The notes under the pieces are model-generated. The model was not told the origin of the DNA and searched no databases. It was given only the letters and a program-made list of their open reading frames with translations. From Bacilli bacterium (GTDB lineage: Bacteria; Bacillota_I; Bacilli_A; RF39; UBA660), in the NCBI GenBank assembly GCA_017938725.1, contig JAGBAW010000001.1, positions 1 through 56,172 of the forward strand: a stretch of DNA of 56,172 bases, given 5' to 3'. Shown here piece after piece: positions 9,422-18,978 of this stretch (position 1 is its first letter; each line of letters begins with the position of its first letter). The position numbers were made by a program, and so were the translations under genes.

Positions 9422-11228
9422 AATACCTCTTCATATATATTGATAAAATTGATATATCTGATGGATTAACTCCACTTATTCTTATTGCTTGTCCAAAACT
9501 CTCAGGTCTTACTTCTTTTAGTTTAATTCTTGCCTCACTTGCCAAGTTAGGTACTTTATCATAATCAATATCTTTTGGGATTTTTTTATTTTCAAGTTTC
9601 CTCATTTTTTCTGCTTCCTTTTTTGTTTTTCTAATATATCCCTCATATTTAATCATTATCTGTGCTTGTTCTAATTCTAATTCATCATACTCTTTTGATA
9701 ATTTATCTTTTATATCATTAATACTTACTTCAGTCCTTTTTATATAATCATAAGCATTAATATTTTTTTCATCCTTTATTTTAATATCTTTTAATTCATG
9801 TAATATTTTCTCAATATTTTTTTCTTTTTCTATTAATCTTTGATATTGTTCTTCATTAATTAATCCTACCTGATAACCATATTTTCTAAGTCTTAAATCT
9901 GCATTATCATGTCTTAAAAGTAAACGATATTCTGCACGTGATGTTAAAAGTCTATATGGATCTTTTACTCCTTTTGTTACTAAATCATCAACAAGTACCC
10001 CTATATATGCTTCATCTCTTTTCAAAATTAATGGTTCTCTTTCTTCTAATTTAAGGGCCGCATTTATTCCAGCAATTAGTCCTTGTCCTGCGGCTTCTTC
10101 ATAACCACTTGTTCCATTTATTTGGCCTGCAGTAAACAAATTTTCTATTATTTTTGTTTCAAGTGACGATTTTAAATCTCTAGAATCTATCGCATCATAT
10201 TCAATCGCATATGCATATCTAAGAATTTTAGCTTTTTCAAGTCCTGGCAAGCTATGTACCATTTTTTCTTGTACATCATACGGCATACTTGTTGAAAATC
10301 CTTGTACATAAATATCATCATAGTACTTACTTTCTGGTTCTAAAAATAATTGATGACGTTCCTTGTCTGCAAATCTTACAACTTTATCTTCTATTGATGG
10401 ACAATATCTAGGACCTGTTCCTAATTTTTCATAAAATCCACCATACATACTAGATTTATCTAAATTATCTCTAATTATTTTATGAGTTTCCTCAGTTGTA
10501 TATGTTAAATAACATGGTTCTTGATTTTCCACAGTATAATATGGTTCATTATCAAAGGAAAAAGTATATAATTTATTATCTCCATCTTCCCTTTTAGTTT
10601 TTGAAAAATCAATAGTACTTCTTTCTATTCTAGGGGGCGTTCCCGTTTTCAATCTTAATAATTTAAATCCTAATTTTTCTAGATTTTCACTTAAATATAA
10701 AGAAGGTCTTGTCCCTTTTGGACCACTTACTGTTCTTTTATCTCCAACAAGTATATTTGCTTTCATATATGTTCCTGTTGTTAAAATAACTGCATCACAC
10801 ATTATTTCTTTTCCTGTGGATAATTTAACTCCTTTTATTTTATTTTCCTCTATTATTAAATCTTCTACTATTTCCTCTATAATATCTATATTTTTATGTT
10901 CCTCTAATAGCCTTAACATCTCTTTTGGATATGTAACCTTATCTCCTTGAGCTCGAAGTGATCTAACAGCTGGACCTTTACTACTATTTAAAAGTTTCAT
11001 TTGAAGCAAAGTTTTATCAGCGACTTTTCCCATCATTCCACCTAAAGCATCTATTTCTCTTACAACTATTCCTTTTGCGGAACCTCCAATAGATGGATTA
11101 CATGGCATCATTGCTATTGTATCTTTAGAACCTGTAACTAAAAGTGTTTTATGACCTTTATTGGCGGATGCAAAAACTGATTCACAACCAGCATGTCCAC
11201 CACCAACTACAATTATTTCATATTTCAT
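9411..11228 (-). CDS. mnmG: tRNA uridine modification enzyme (GidA)
   Basis: VGGGHAGCE, CNPSIGG, GPRYCPSIEDK and GQINGTSGYEEAA motifs. Confidence 0.98.
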   Translation of the reverse strand: MKYEIIVVGGGHAGCESVFASANKGHKTLLVTGSKDTIAMMPCNPSIGGSAKGIVVREIDALGGMMGKVADKTLLQMKLLNSSKGPAVRSLRAQGDKVTYPKEMLRLLEEHKNIDIIEEIVEDLIIEENKIKGVKLSTGKEIMCDAVILTTGTYMKANILVGDKRTVSGPKGTRPSLYLSENLEKLGFKLLRLKTGTPPRIERSTIDFSKTKREDGDNKLYTFSFDNEPYYTVENQEPCYLTYTTEETHKIIRDNLDKSSMYGGFYEKLGTGPRYCPSIEDKVVRFADKERHQLFLEPESKYYDDIYVQGFSTSMPYDVQEKMVHSLPGLEKAKILRYAYAIEYDAIDSRDLKSSLETKIIENLFTAGQINGTSGYEEAAGQGLIAGINAALKLEEREPLILKRDEAYIGVLVDDLVTKGVKDPYRLLTSRAEYRLLLRHDNADLRLRKYGYQVGLINEEQYQRLIEKEKNIEKILHELKDIKIKDEKNINAYDYIKRTEVSINDIKDKLSKEYDELELEQAQIMIKYEGYIRKTKKEAEKMRKLENKKIPKDIDYDKVPNLASEARIKLKEVRPESFGQAIRISGVNPSDISILSIYMKRYFDE

Positions 11229-11330
11229 TTACTACACCCTCTTTTTGCAAATGTATTATACTACAATATTTATTTTTATACAATTAATAAAGCAGACTAA
11301 TTGTCCGCTTTTTTGTATAGCATCTTATTT

Positions 11331-11367
11331 AAAAGTATATATAAGCGCATTTAAAAACACATCCTCA
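11331..11367. repeat. 37-bp imperfect direct repeat, copy A
   Basis: 33/37 identical to 12913-12949. Confidence 0.8.
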
Positions 11368-11441
11368 GTTTTGTGATTTCAATGTAATGTGTTTTTATTT
11401 TCATAATATTCATTAAATATACTTATTGGCATTTTATAATT

Positions 11442-12179
11442 TTATCCTAAAGTATATTTTTTATTAGTTTCTTTTTTACTAGAATCAAGATTATCTTCTA
11501 TTTTTTCAAGTTCTTCTTCTGGACCTTCCTCATAATCCAAATCATATCCGTTTTCTAAATCAACGATTTTATAATATTTTTCTTTAATATATGGATATTC
11601 TTCCATTACTTTCCTTATATCATCAACAGGTTCACTTGGAATCAAAACAAACTTACCATTTTCATCTTTTTCTATTTTATATGCTGTATATACATAATGA
11701 CATTTTCTCTGTTCACCAGTTAAATTTGCATGATTGGCATCTCTTGTCCAAGAATACATTGTTGTTGTAATATAGGTATAGTATAAATAAGTTTCTTTTC
11801 CAATTAGCATATAATTTGGAATTGGTTGATTGTATATATAAGAATATCTATATTCAATATAATCTTTGTTCTCAGCTTGATTTTGCAAAATTGTATCTAT
11901 ATTATCTTCTATTAATAATAAATTATTTTTATCAAAAAATTTATAAAGAGATTTTTCATCTTCTGTTATTAAAATATAATCATCATTTCTTTCATACCCT
12001 TCATATTTTAAATACTCTTTATCCATGATATATCTACAATATCCCTCATCATTTGTATATAAATGAGCATGATCTTCTTTAATTTCGCAATCTGCCTTTT
12101 TACCACAACCAGTCAAAGATGTTACTAGTGCTAGTGATAATGCTGCATATTTTAATCTTTTTAATCTTTTTTTATCCAC
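11442..12179 (-). CDS. Hypothetical lipoprotein
   Basis: Basic N-terminus, hydrophobic stretch and LTGC lipobox; GGAGG RBS before GTG; own TTGACA-N17-TATTAT promoter. Confidence 0.8.
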   Translation of the reverse strand: MDKKRLKRLKYAALSLALVTSLTGCGKKADCEIKEDHAHLYTNDEGYCRYIMDKEYLKYEGYERNDDYILITEDEKSLYKFFDKNNLLLIEDNIDTILQNQAENKDYIEYRYSYIYNQPIPNYMLIGKETYLYYTYITTTMYSWTRDANHANLTGEQRKCHYVYTAYKIEKDENGKFVLIPSEPVDDIRKVMEEYPYIKEKYYKIVDLENGYDLDYEEGPEEELEKIEDNLDSSKKETNKKYTLG

Positions 12180-12308
12180 TTAAATACCTCCTAAAATTGA
12201 TGAATTCATAATACTATAGTATGATTATTTTGTCAAAAAATTAAAGACATTAAAAGTAATAAATTTAATAATGTGAAACAAAAATTCCACCTTCAACAAT
12301 ATGATTAC

Positions 12309-12932
12309 TCATTCCATTTTAATCATTATTAATCCATTTGCAAGCAATGTAACGAGTATTAAATTAAGAGTATAACTAGTCCATTCTATAATACTTAATG
12401 CTATCTTTAATGATTGAGATAAATCTGTTTTACTTATAATTGCAACATTTATATCGCAAATCAATAGACAAATTAAAGAAACTATAAATAAAGCTGATAC
12501 TTTTTTACTTTTTGTTTTTATTGTTGAAAAGATAATATTTATAATAAATAATAGAGCATATATTATTACTTGTATTATAATAATTTTTTGATCAAATATA
12601 CAGCATATTATAAAATTTAGTAATGCAAAAAGTAATATTTTATTTGATCTACCTATTAAAAAAAATAAATAAAATATTTGCACTATTATAAATGATGATA
12701 TTCCCACTGCATGCTTATCTATTAAAAGAAAGAATATATCTCCAAGTAAAGAAAAAAATAAAGATAATATTAAGTATATATTACCCTTTACTTCTTTGCT
12801 TTTATTAATTATTGTATATATAATACTTATAAGAACTGGTCCTATATTTAGTATTTCTGAATATGTTCCTATAAAAAAATTAATAAATATTATTAATAAA
12901 TAAATTACTTCAAAAAGAATATATAAACACAT
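12309..12932 (-). CDS. YhhN/lysoplasmalogenase-like membrane protein
   Basis: Multiple TM segments; FSLLGDIFF...G..SF..VQ..Y and LL.CD..VA patterns typical of the YhhN family. Confidence 0.6.
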   Translation of the reverse strand: MCLYILFEVIYLLIIFINFFIGTYSEILNIGPVLISIIYTIINKSKEVKGNIYLILSLFFSLLGDIFFLLIDKHAVGISSFIIVQIFYLFFLIGRSNKILLFALLNFIICCIFDQKIIIIQVIIYALLFIINIIFSTIKTKSKKVSALFIVSLICLLICDINVAIISKTDLSQSLKIALSIIEWTSYTLNLILVTLLANGLIMIKME

Positions 12933-12949
12933 TCAAAAACACATCCTCA
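12913..12949. repeat. 37-bp imperfect direct repeat, copy B (covers RBS and first codons of the YhhN-like gene)
   Basis: 33/37 identical to 11331-11367. Confidence 0.8.
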
Positions 12950-12987
12950 TTATTAAATAGAATGTGTTAATATTATTATTTTATACT

Positions 12988-13383
12988 CTAATTATCTTTT
13001 TTAGAATCATATTTAAATGACAAAGCCTTGGCAGATGCCTCGTTTACTTGTTTAATTCTTTCGTTTGATGTATCAAATGATAAAACCTCTGAATCTGGAT
13101 TTGTTTCACATATTCTTAAATTTTGAACACAAAGATTCAATTTTGTATTTTTGAAAAAAGCATCATATAATCTATCAATAAACACTTTTTGTTCCTCTTT
13201 TAAATTTGAAAATTCAATTAATTGGCTATCAATTATTTCATCTTCTTCATCTTTAAATAAAACTTCGATTTGATTTCTACTAATATCAAATATTTTTACT
13301 TCTACATTCACTTCTTTATTTAACTGTTTAGAAATAATTTCTGCTAAGATACCTTCCCCAATTAATTCATATACTAAATCCAA
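12988..13383 (-). CDS. Hypothetical acidic protein
   Basis: 131-aa ORF, TTG start after a GGGGG RBS; TTGACA-N17-TATATT promoter overlapping the gpsA stop. Confidence 0.7.
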   Translation of the reverse strand: MDLVYELIGEGILAEIISKQLNKEVNVEVKIFDISRNQIEVLFKDEEDEIIDSQLIEFSNLKEEQKVFIDRLYDAFFKNTKLNLCVQNLRICETNPDSEVLSFDTSNERIKQVNEASAKALSFKYDSKKDN

Positions 13384-13432
13384 AATAAGACCCCCAATCG
13401 AGTTTATAATATACTATACATTAAATTTATTG

Positions 13433-14362
13433 TCAACTTAACTTAGTTATTAAATTATATAACTCATTTATTGTTTGTAAGTCTAAATTATATTTATTTG
13501 ATAAATCATACGCTACTTTAATGGAGTCTAATCCCTCTATTACCATACCTATTTCTTCTTTTATTTCTTTTATAGATTTACCTTTTGATAAAAGAATTCC
13601 TGCCTTATGATTTCTACTTTCTTTACTTGTGCAAGTAGCAATTAAGTCACCAAGACAAGAAAGTCCATAAAAAGTATCTTTTTTTGCACCTATTGCTAAA
13701 CCTATTTTTGATATTTCATCAAGTATTTTAGTAATTGTTGTCGCTTTTATATTTTCACCTAAATTTAATCCCTCAATTATTCCATATGCTAATGCACCTA
13801 TATTTTTTAATGCACCACCTATTTCAACTCCTATTACATCATTACTTAATTCAACAGTAAAGTTTGTAGACTCAAAAACATCTTTTATCTCATTATTAAA
13901 ATCATCTGATTCTGATGCAAAAACTACAGATGTTTTCTTTTCTTGTAAAATTTCTCTTGCAATACTTGGTCCTGATAATATTCCAGTAATATTACTTATT
14001 TCCTCATTTACTACATCCTTTAGTAGTTTATTTGTTGTTTCTTCAAGACCCTTTGAACACATAACTATTTTTTGATTAGTTATATATTTTTTTATATCTT
14101 TAATAGTTGATCTTACCACACTTGACGGTGTAACCATTAATGTATACTCACTATTTTTTATTACATCTTCATAATTTGTATAACATTTTATATTTTCATT
14201 TAACTTTACTTCTGGTATAAAAATACATTTATGTTCCTCATTTATTGCATCACACTCTTCTTGTTTATATGACCATACCTTTATATTATGACCTAGATTT
14301 GACAAGTAATTTGCAAGTGCACATCCAAAACTTCCACTACCTATTATTGCTATATTTTTCAT
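13433..14362 (-). CDS. gpsA: NAD(P)H-dependent glycerol-3-phosphate dehydrogenase
   Basis: GSGSFG, SKGLE, SGPS, GVEIGGALKN and LGDLIATC...SRN motifs. Confidence 0.96.
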   Translation of the reverse strand: MKNIAIIGSGSFGCALANYLSNLGHNIKVWSYKQEECDAINEEHKCIFIPEVKLNENIKCYTNYEDVIKNSEYTLMVTPSSVVRSTIKDIKKYITNQKIVMCSKGLEETTNKLLKDVVNEEISNITGILSGPSIAREILQEKKTSVVFASESDDFNNEIKDVFESTNFTVELSNDVIGVEIGGALKNIGALAYGIIEGLNLGENIKATTITKILDEISKIGLAIGAKKDTFYGLSCLGDLIATCTSKESRNHKAGILLSKGKSIKEIKEEIGMVIEGLDSIKVAYDLSNKYNLDLQTINELYNLITKLS

Positions 14363-14367
14363 ATACC

Positions 14368-15714
14368 CTACTTTCCTAGACAAAAATTACTAAATAAAGT
14401 ATCTATTAACTTTTCATCATAACTTTCCCCTATTATCTCATTTAATGTTTCGCATATTTCTTTTATATCTATTTCTAAAATATCTATTGGAACATCTACC
14501 TTTAGAGCTTTAGCTAAATTTTTTGCTTGCTCTATTGCTTTTTTTACTAATGATATTTGCCTAGAATTCGATAAATATGTAAAATCTTTATTATTTAACT
14601 CATTAAGTTTAAATATATCACTTACTTCTTTCTTTAATTCTTCAACATCTTCAATAGCGGATAATTTTATTATATTTTCATCTTTAAATACATTAAAATC
14701 TATTTTTGATTCTAAATCCATTTTATTTATTACAATTATTCTTTTCTTATCTTTTGTCTTTTCAAGTAATTCTTTATCCTCACTTGTTAATATTTCATTA
14801 TTATTAAATACTAATATTATTAAATTTGCTTCTTCTATTAATTTTATACTCTTTTCTACACCAATCTTTTCAACAATATCATCTGTTTTTCTAATACCTG
14901 CTGTATCAATAACATTTAATAAAATACCATTAATTCTAATTTGCCCTTCTACTATATCTCTAGTTGTACCTGCAATATCTGTAACAATTGCTTTATCTTC
15001 ATCTATTAACTTATTTAGTATAGAACTTTTACCAACATTTGGTCTACCTAATATTAAAGTATTTATTCCCTCTTTTATTAATTTACCATTTTCTGATTCA
15101 TAAAGTAATTTTGATAATTCTTTATTTATATATATTGAGATATCTTCTATCTCCTTTTTAGTAATTATTTCAATGTCATCATATTCTGGATAATCTATAT
15201 TTACTTCTATATTGGCATTAACCATTATTAATTTATTTATAATATCTTTTATTAATTTAGATATTTTTCCTTCTATTCCATTAATTGCAAGTTTTCTTGA
15301 ATTTTCTGTTTCTGAATTAATTAGATCCATTATAGATTCAGCTTCAATTAAATCAATTCTGCCATTTAAAAATGCTCTTTTAGTAAATTCACCAGGTTCT
15401 GCAAGTCTTGCACCATTTATTAGTAATAATTCTAATACCTTATTTGTGGTTGCAATACCTCCATGGCAATTTATTTCTACTACATCTTCTTTAGTAAAAG
15501 TTTTAGGAGCTTTCATGATACTTACCATTACTTCATCAATTATATTATTATCTTCCATAATATGACCATAATTAATAGTATGTGATTCTTTTTTACTTAG
15601 GTCCTTATCAAATATTTTATTTACTATTTCTATAGCATCAGTGCCACTTACCCTTATTATTGAAATAGCACCTATTCCTACTGCAGTAGATATCGCACAT
15701 ATTGTATCAGTCAT
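14368..15714 (-). CDS. mnmE: tRNA modification GTPase
   Basis: GRPNVGKSS, GTTRD, DTAG, NKMD motifs and C-terminal FCLGK. Confidence 0.98.
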   Translation of the reverse strand: MTDTICAISTAVGIGAISIIRVSGTDAIEIVNKIFDKDLSKKESHTINYGHIMEDNNIIDEVMVSIMKAPKTFTKEDVVEINCHGGIATTNKVLELLLINGARLAEPGEFTKRAFLNGRIDLIEAESIMDLINSETENSRKLAINGIEGKISKLIKDIINKLIMVNANIEVNIDYPEYDDIEIITKKEIEDISIYINKELSKLLYESENGKLIKEGINTLILGRPNVGKSSILNKLIDEDKAIVTDIAGTTRDIVEGQIRINGILLNVIDTAGIRKTDDIVEKIGVEKSIKLIEEANLIILVFNNNEILTSEDKELLEKTKDKKRIIVINKMDLESKIDFNVFKDENIIKLSAIEDVEELKKEVSDIFKLNELNNKDFTYLSNSRQISLVKKAIEQAKNLAKALKVDVPIDILEIDIKEICETLNEIIGESYDEKLIDTLFSNFCLGK

Positions 15715-15774
15715 ATTATCACATCCTAACTTCTTACATTATAACACGAAAAAAAACTTGTATAAAGAAGTTAT

Positions 15775-16503
15775 CTAAAAATACTGTGGATATATAGACT
15801 TATGACATAATGATATTGCTTTACCAGCAGATTCAACTGTTTTCACTTCTTTATCACAATATTCACTTAATCTTTGTTTTAATAATTTTAAAAAAGGTAC
15901 TATCGATTCTCCATTTTCAACACTATCATAATATTTACTTAATTCATTAGATGAAAATACAAATCTATAAAATCTATCTTTTATTAGAAATTCTAATATA
16001 CTATAATTAAAAATACTTATATTTTTTTTATATAGTAAATCACTTTGTATATCTGAATTATTATATTCACATGTATCTATTATATTAAATACACCATTTT
16101 GATATAAAATATTAAATAAAATATCGCATGTTTTTATACCACTATCTGATAATATTTTTGTATCTTCTTCAACAATTTTACAACCATTTATTATTTTATC
16201 AAATAATATTTTATCCCTATTTATTTCTATAAGATTTTTTCCTTTAGAATATCTAGTTATGTATCCAGACAAAACATCATCAATATAAAATACTTTATGG
16301 GCAAAAATATATGTTTTTTGTTCTATATTTTTATATTTAAGTATATCTTCTTCACTTAGATTTCTATTATCTGGTCCATTTAAATATTTCATAATTTCAC
16401 GCTTATTTAATCTTTTACAAACACCTTCTGATCCTGTCCCTAAATATAACAAATTTTTCCAAAACCTATTAAAATCTTCTTTTGTATAATTAATCCTATC
16501 CAT
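15775..16503 (-). CDS. Protein-kinase-like fold protein
   Basis: LGTGSEG Gly-rich loop, downstream Lys (IMKYL), CDILFNILY catalytic-loop-like and IIDT metal-binding-like segments. Confidence 0.65.
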   Translation of the reverse strand: MDRINYTKEDFNRFWKNLLYLGTGSEGVCKRLNKREIMKYLNGPDNRNLSEEDILKYKNIEQKTYIFAHKVFYIDDVLSGYITRYSKGKNLIEINRDKILFDKIINGCKIVEEDTKILSDSGIKTCDILFNILYQNGVFNIIDTCEYNNSDIQSDLLYKKNISIFNYSILEFLIKDRFYRFVFSSNELSKYYDSVENGESIVPFLKLLKQRLSEYCDKEVKTVESAGKAISLCHKSIYPQYF

Positions 16504-16622
16504 AAATTAAATCTTCCCTTTGTTTGTTTTAATATTTCATTAATTATATAATATTTATAAGAATATTAAGTTTGTTTAAGTACTATTATTCTTTACATTT
16601 TAAAGTAAAACGAGATTAAATT

Positions 16623-16728
16623 ATGAAAAAAAGCAGAAAAATATCTTTGCACTATCATAATACTCATTATTACTTTGATTTTAATCATACTAATAAAAAT
16701 AGTACCAACTTGTATAAGCCGGTACTAA
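16623..16728 (+). pseudogene. Frameshifted small hydrophobic peptide, type I toxin-like
   Basis: Removing one A from the A7 run at 16626-16632 gives MKKAEKYLCTIIILIITLILIILIKIVPTCISRY*; upstream TTGTTT-N17-TATAAT at 16524-16552. Confidence 0.55.
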
Positions 16729-16805
16729 AACAAATATTTTTTGAATGGTACCTAACTCTGCAAAACTAGGTATTTCCTTTTTATTTTATGCAAATTTTCT
16801 TGACA
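16692..16805 (-). ncRNA. Putative small antisense RNA (type I antitoxin-like)
   Basis: TTTACA-N17-TATTAT promoter with extended TG (16839-16811); two hairpins that pair fully (with G-U) only on the minus strand, the last followed by a U-run. Confidence 0.55.
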
Positions 16806-16843
16806 TATTCATAATATCATATTTTTTTATTATTGTAAAAAAT

Positions 16844-17452
16844 TCATTTAGATAGTTTTATTACAACACATCTATTTGGTTCTTCTCCTTCACTTTCTGT
16901 TTTGATTCCTTTAAAATCTTTTAATACATTATGAACTAATCTTCTTTCATAAGAATTCATTGAATCCATTTTTATTTCAATTCCTGTTTGAAGAACTTCT
17001 TTTGCTAGTTTTTTAGATAAAAATTCTATACTTCTTTGATGTTTTTCTTTATAATCTTCTACATCTAATACCATATTAGCATGAACCCCTGTTTTAATAT
17101 ATATTGATTGTCTAAGTATTACTTGTAATGCTTCTAATGTTTTACCATTTTTACCTATCAATATTGGATTATTATTTGAATGTAACTTTATCAAAATATG
17201 ATTTTCTTTTCTTTTTGTTTCTAGATTTACCTCTAAACCCATCGCACAAGTTAATTCTTTTAAAAATTTTTTTGAATATTCTAATACTTCACTTTTCTTT
17301 ATAACCTTTAAAATAACCTTTTTCTTTTTTAATAATCCCGCTACCTCTTCTTTGGTTACAAAGAATAATTCATCCTCTTTTACTTCAAGTTCATTTAATG
17401 CTTTTAATATTAATTCTTCTTCTGTTTTTCCTTCATAAACATATGGCTTCAT
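16844..17452 (-). CDS. jag: RNA-binding protein Jag/KhpB/EloR
   Basis: GKT.EE Jag_N, KH LIGKNGKTLEALQ, R3H ERRLVH and SEGEEPNR. Confidence 0.96.
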   Translation of the reverse strand: MKPYVYEGKTEEELILKALNELEVKEDELFFVTKEEVAGLLKKKKVILKVIKKSEVLEYSKKFLKELTCAMGLEVNLETKRKENHILIKLHSNNNPILIGKNGKTLEALQVILRQSIYIKTGVHANMVLDVEDYKEKHQRSIEFLSKKLAKEVLQTGIEIKMDSMNSYERRLVHNVLKDFKGIKTESEGEEPNRCVVIKLSK

Positions 17453-17453
17453 A

Positions 17454-18401
17454 TTATTTTACCTCTTTTTCTGCACTTTTCTTAACAATTAAGTTTTGCA
17501 CTATTGTAAATAATGTTGATGCAATCCAATATAAAGAAATTGCTACTGAGAAGTTTAATGACATTATAGCTATCATTATTAACATAAAATTAGTCATTGT
17601 ATTTGGATTAATATCATTAGTTTGTGGTGTTGGTGCTGTTTTATTTAATTTCTGTGAAATAAATGTTGTTCCTATAATTAATATAAGTATAATTACATAT
17701 TCAATATGACCAGATGTAATTGCTTTCCATGGAGTTGTTCCAAGGATAAGACCAAATAAATTTTCCTCAAATATAACTGGTACTCTATTTACAGCTTCTA
17801 AAAAACCAAATAATAAAGGTATTTGAATAAATGCAAATAAGCAACTTGAAAATGGATTTATATTATATTTTTTATATAATGACATCATTTCCATTGATTT
17901 TTGATTCATTGATTGTTGATCGTTTTTATTTTCATATTTTTTATTAATTCTATCCATTTCTGGTTGCATTTTTTTCATATTTTCAGACTGCATTGCGGTT
18001 TTTTTAGTAAATGGCGCTAAAATTAATCTAATAATAATAGATAATATAATAAGTGCAATACCATAACTATGAACTAAATTTCCTATTTTTATCGTTAACC
18101 ATGCAAGTGGTTTTACTACAAGTGTTTCCCATAAATTATTATAATTGCCATCACTTGGTGTAAAATTTGAACATTCTGGTAATTTATTAATATTTATTTG
18201 TTTTTTATATTCATTATATTTTTTTGTAAGACCTTCATTGTTTGGTTTACATAATATATTTTGATTTAATGTTATTTTTACTTTATCATCTTCATAAGTA
18301 ACTACCTTTTTTGTCTTTGGATCCTTAAGTGTTTGTGTACAACCAGTTACAAATAAAATTAAAAATAGAAATAGAAATATTTTTTTTATGTTTTTTTTCA
18401 T
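17454..18401 (-). CDS. yidC: Membrane protein insertase YidC/SpoIIIJ
   Basis: VTGC lipobox, IIIRLILAP, NPFSSCL...QIP and LYW motifs; rnpA-yidC-jag synteny. Confidence 0.96.
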   Translation of the reverse strand: MKKNIKKIFLFLFLILFVTGCTQTLKDPKTKKVVTYEDDKVKITLNQNILCKPNNEGLTKKYNEYKKQININKLPECSNFTPSDGNYNNLWETLVVKPLAWLTIKIGNLVHSYGIALIILSIIIRLILAPFTKKTAMQSENMKKMQPEMDRINKKYENKNDQQSMNQKSMEMMSLYKKYNINPFSSCLFAFIQIPLLFGFLEAVNRVPVIFEENLFGLILGTTPWKAITSGHIEYVIILILIIGTTFISQKLNKTAPTPQTNDINPNTMTNFMLIMIAIMSLNFSVAISLYWIASTLFTIVQNLIVKKSAEKEVK

Positions 18402-18414
18402 TTATCATTCTCTC

Positions 18415-18744
18415 CTAATCTAACAACTTTGAAATCAATTCTATTAAATTTGCTCTAATTTGTTCATAATTTAATTCATTTATTTCTTTCTTTACTATTA
18501 TAACATAGTCAACTGGATATTTAAATATTAAATTACTTTTATCTATGATATCTTTTATTTGTCTTTTTAATTTATTTCTTCTTACTGCATTACCTATTTT
18601 TGTTGATACACATATCGCAAATCTATGCGTTTTTAAGTCATTTTTATCATAATAAATATAAAAATATTTATTTTTTACCATGTTTCTTTTATTTATTATC
18701 TTATTAACGTCATAATTTTTCTTTACTATATTTATTTTTTTCAT
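18415..18744 (-). CDS. rnpA: Ribonuclease P protein component
   Basis: VSTKIGNAVRRNKLKR motif. Confidence 0.96.
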   Translation of the reverse strand: MKKINIVKKNYDVNKIINKRNMVKNKYFYIYYDKNDLKTHRFAICVSTKIGNAVRRNKLKRQIKDIIDKSNLIFKYPVDYVIIVKKEINELNYEQIRANLIELISKLLD

Positions 18745-18790
18745 ATATTCACCTGCTTACAAAAAAAACCACTAAAATAAAGTGGAATTA

Positions 18791-18913
18791 TTATTTAGAT
18801 AAAGTCTTACGTCCTTTTTTTCTTCTATTTTTTAATACCTTACCTTTTACTCTAGAAAAAAATCCATGTTTTTTTGCTTTTTTTCTATTATTAGGTTGAA
18901 AAGTTCTTTTCAT
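18791..18913 (-). CDS. rpmH: 50S ribosomal protein L34 (not in the ORF track)
   Basis: Manual translation [40 protein letters not shown]; GGAGG RBS; upstream of rnpA. Confidence 0.96.
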   Translation of the reverse strand: MKRTFQPNNRKKAKKHGFFSRVKGKVLKNRRKKGRKTLSK

Positions 18914-18978
18914 CTTTACACCTCCAGCTCATAAAACATTACAATTATATACATTTTTTTTAAGAAAGTCAAACTCTT

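Noticed and set aside
16623-16769. 48-aa ORF in the uncorrected ATG frame (MKKSRKISLHYH...)
   Set aside because: Unnatural composition; the +1 frame gives a coherent transmembrane peptide, so a frameshift is preferred
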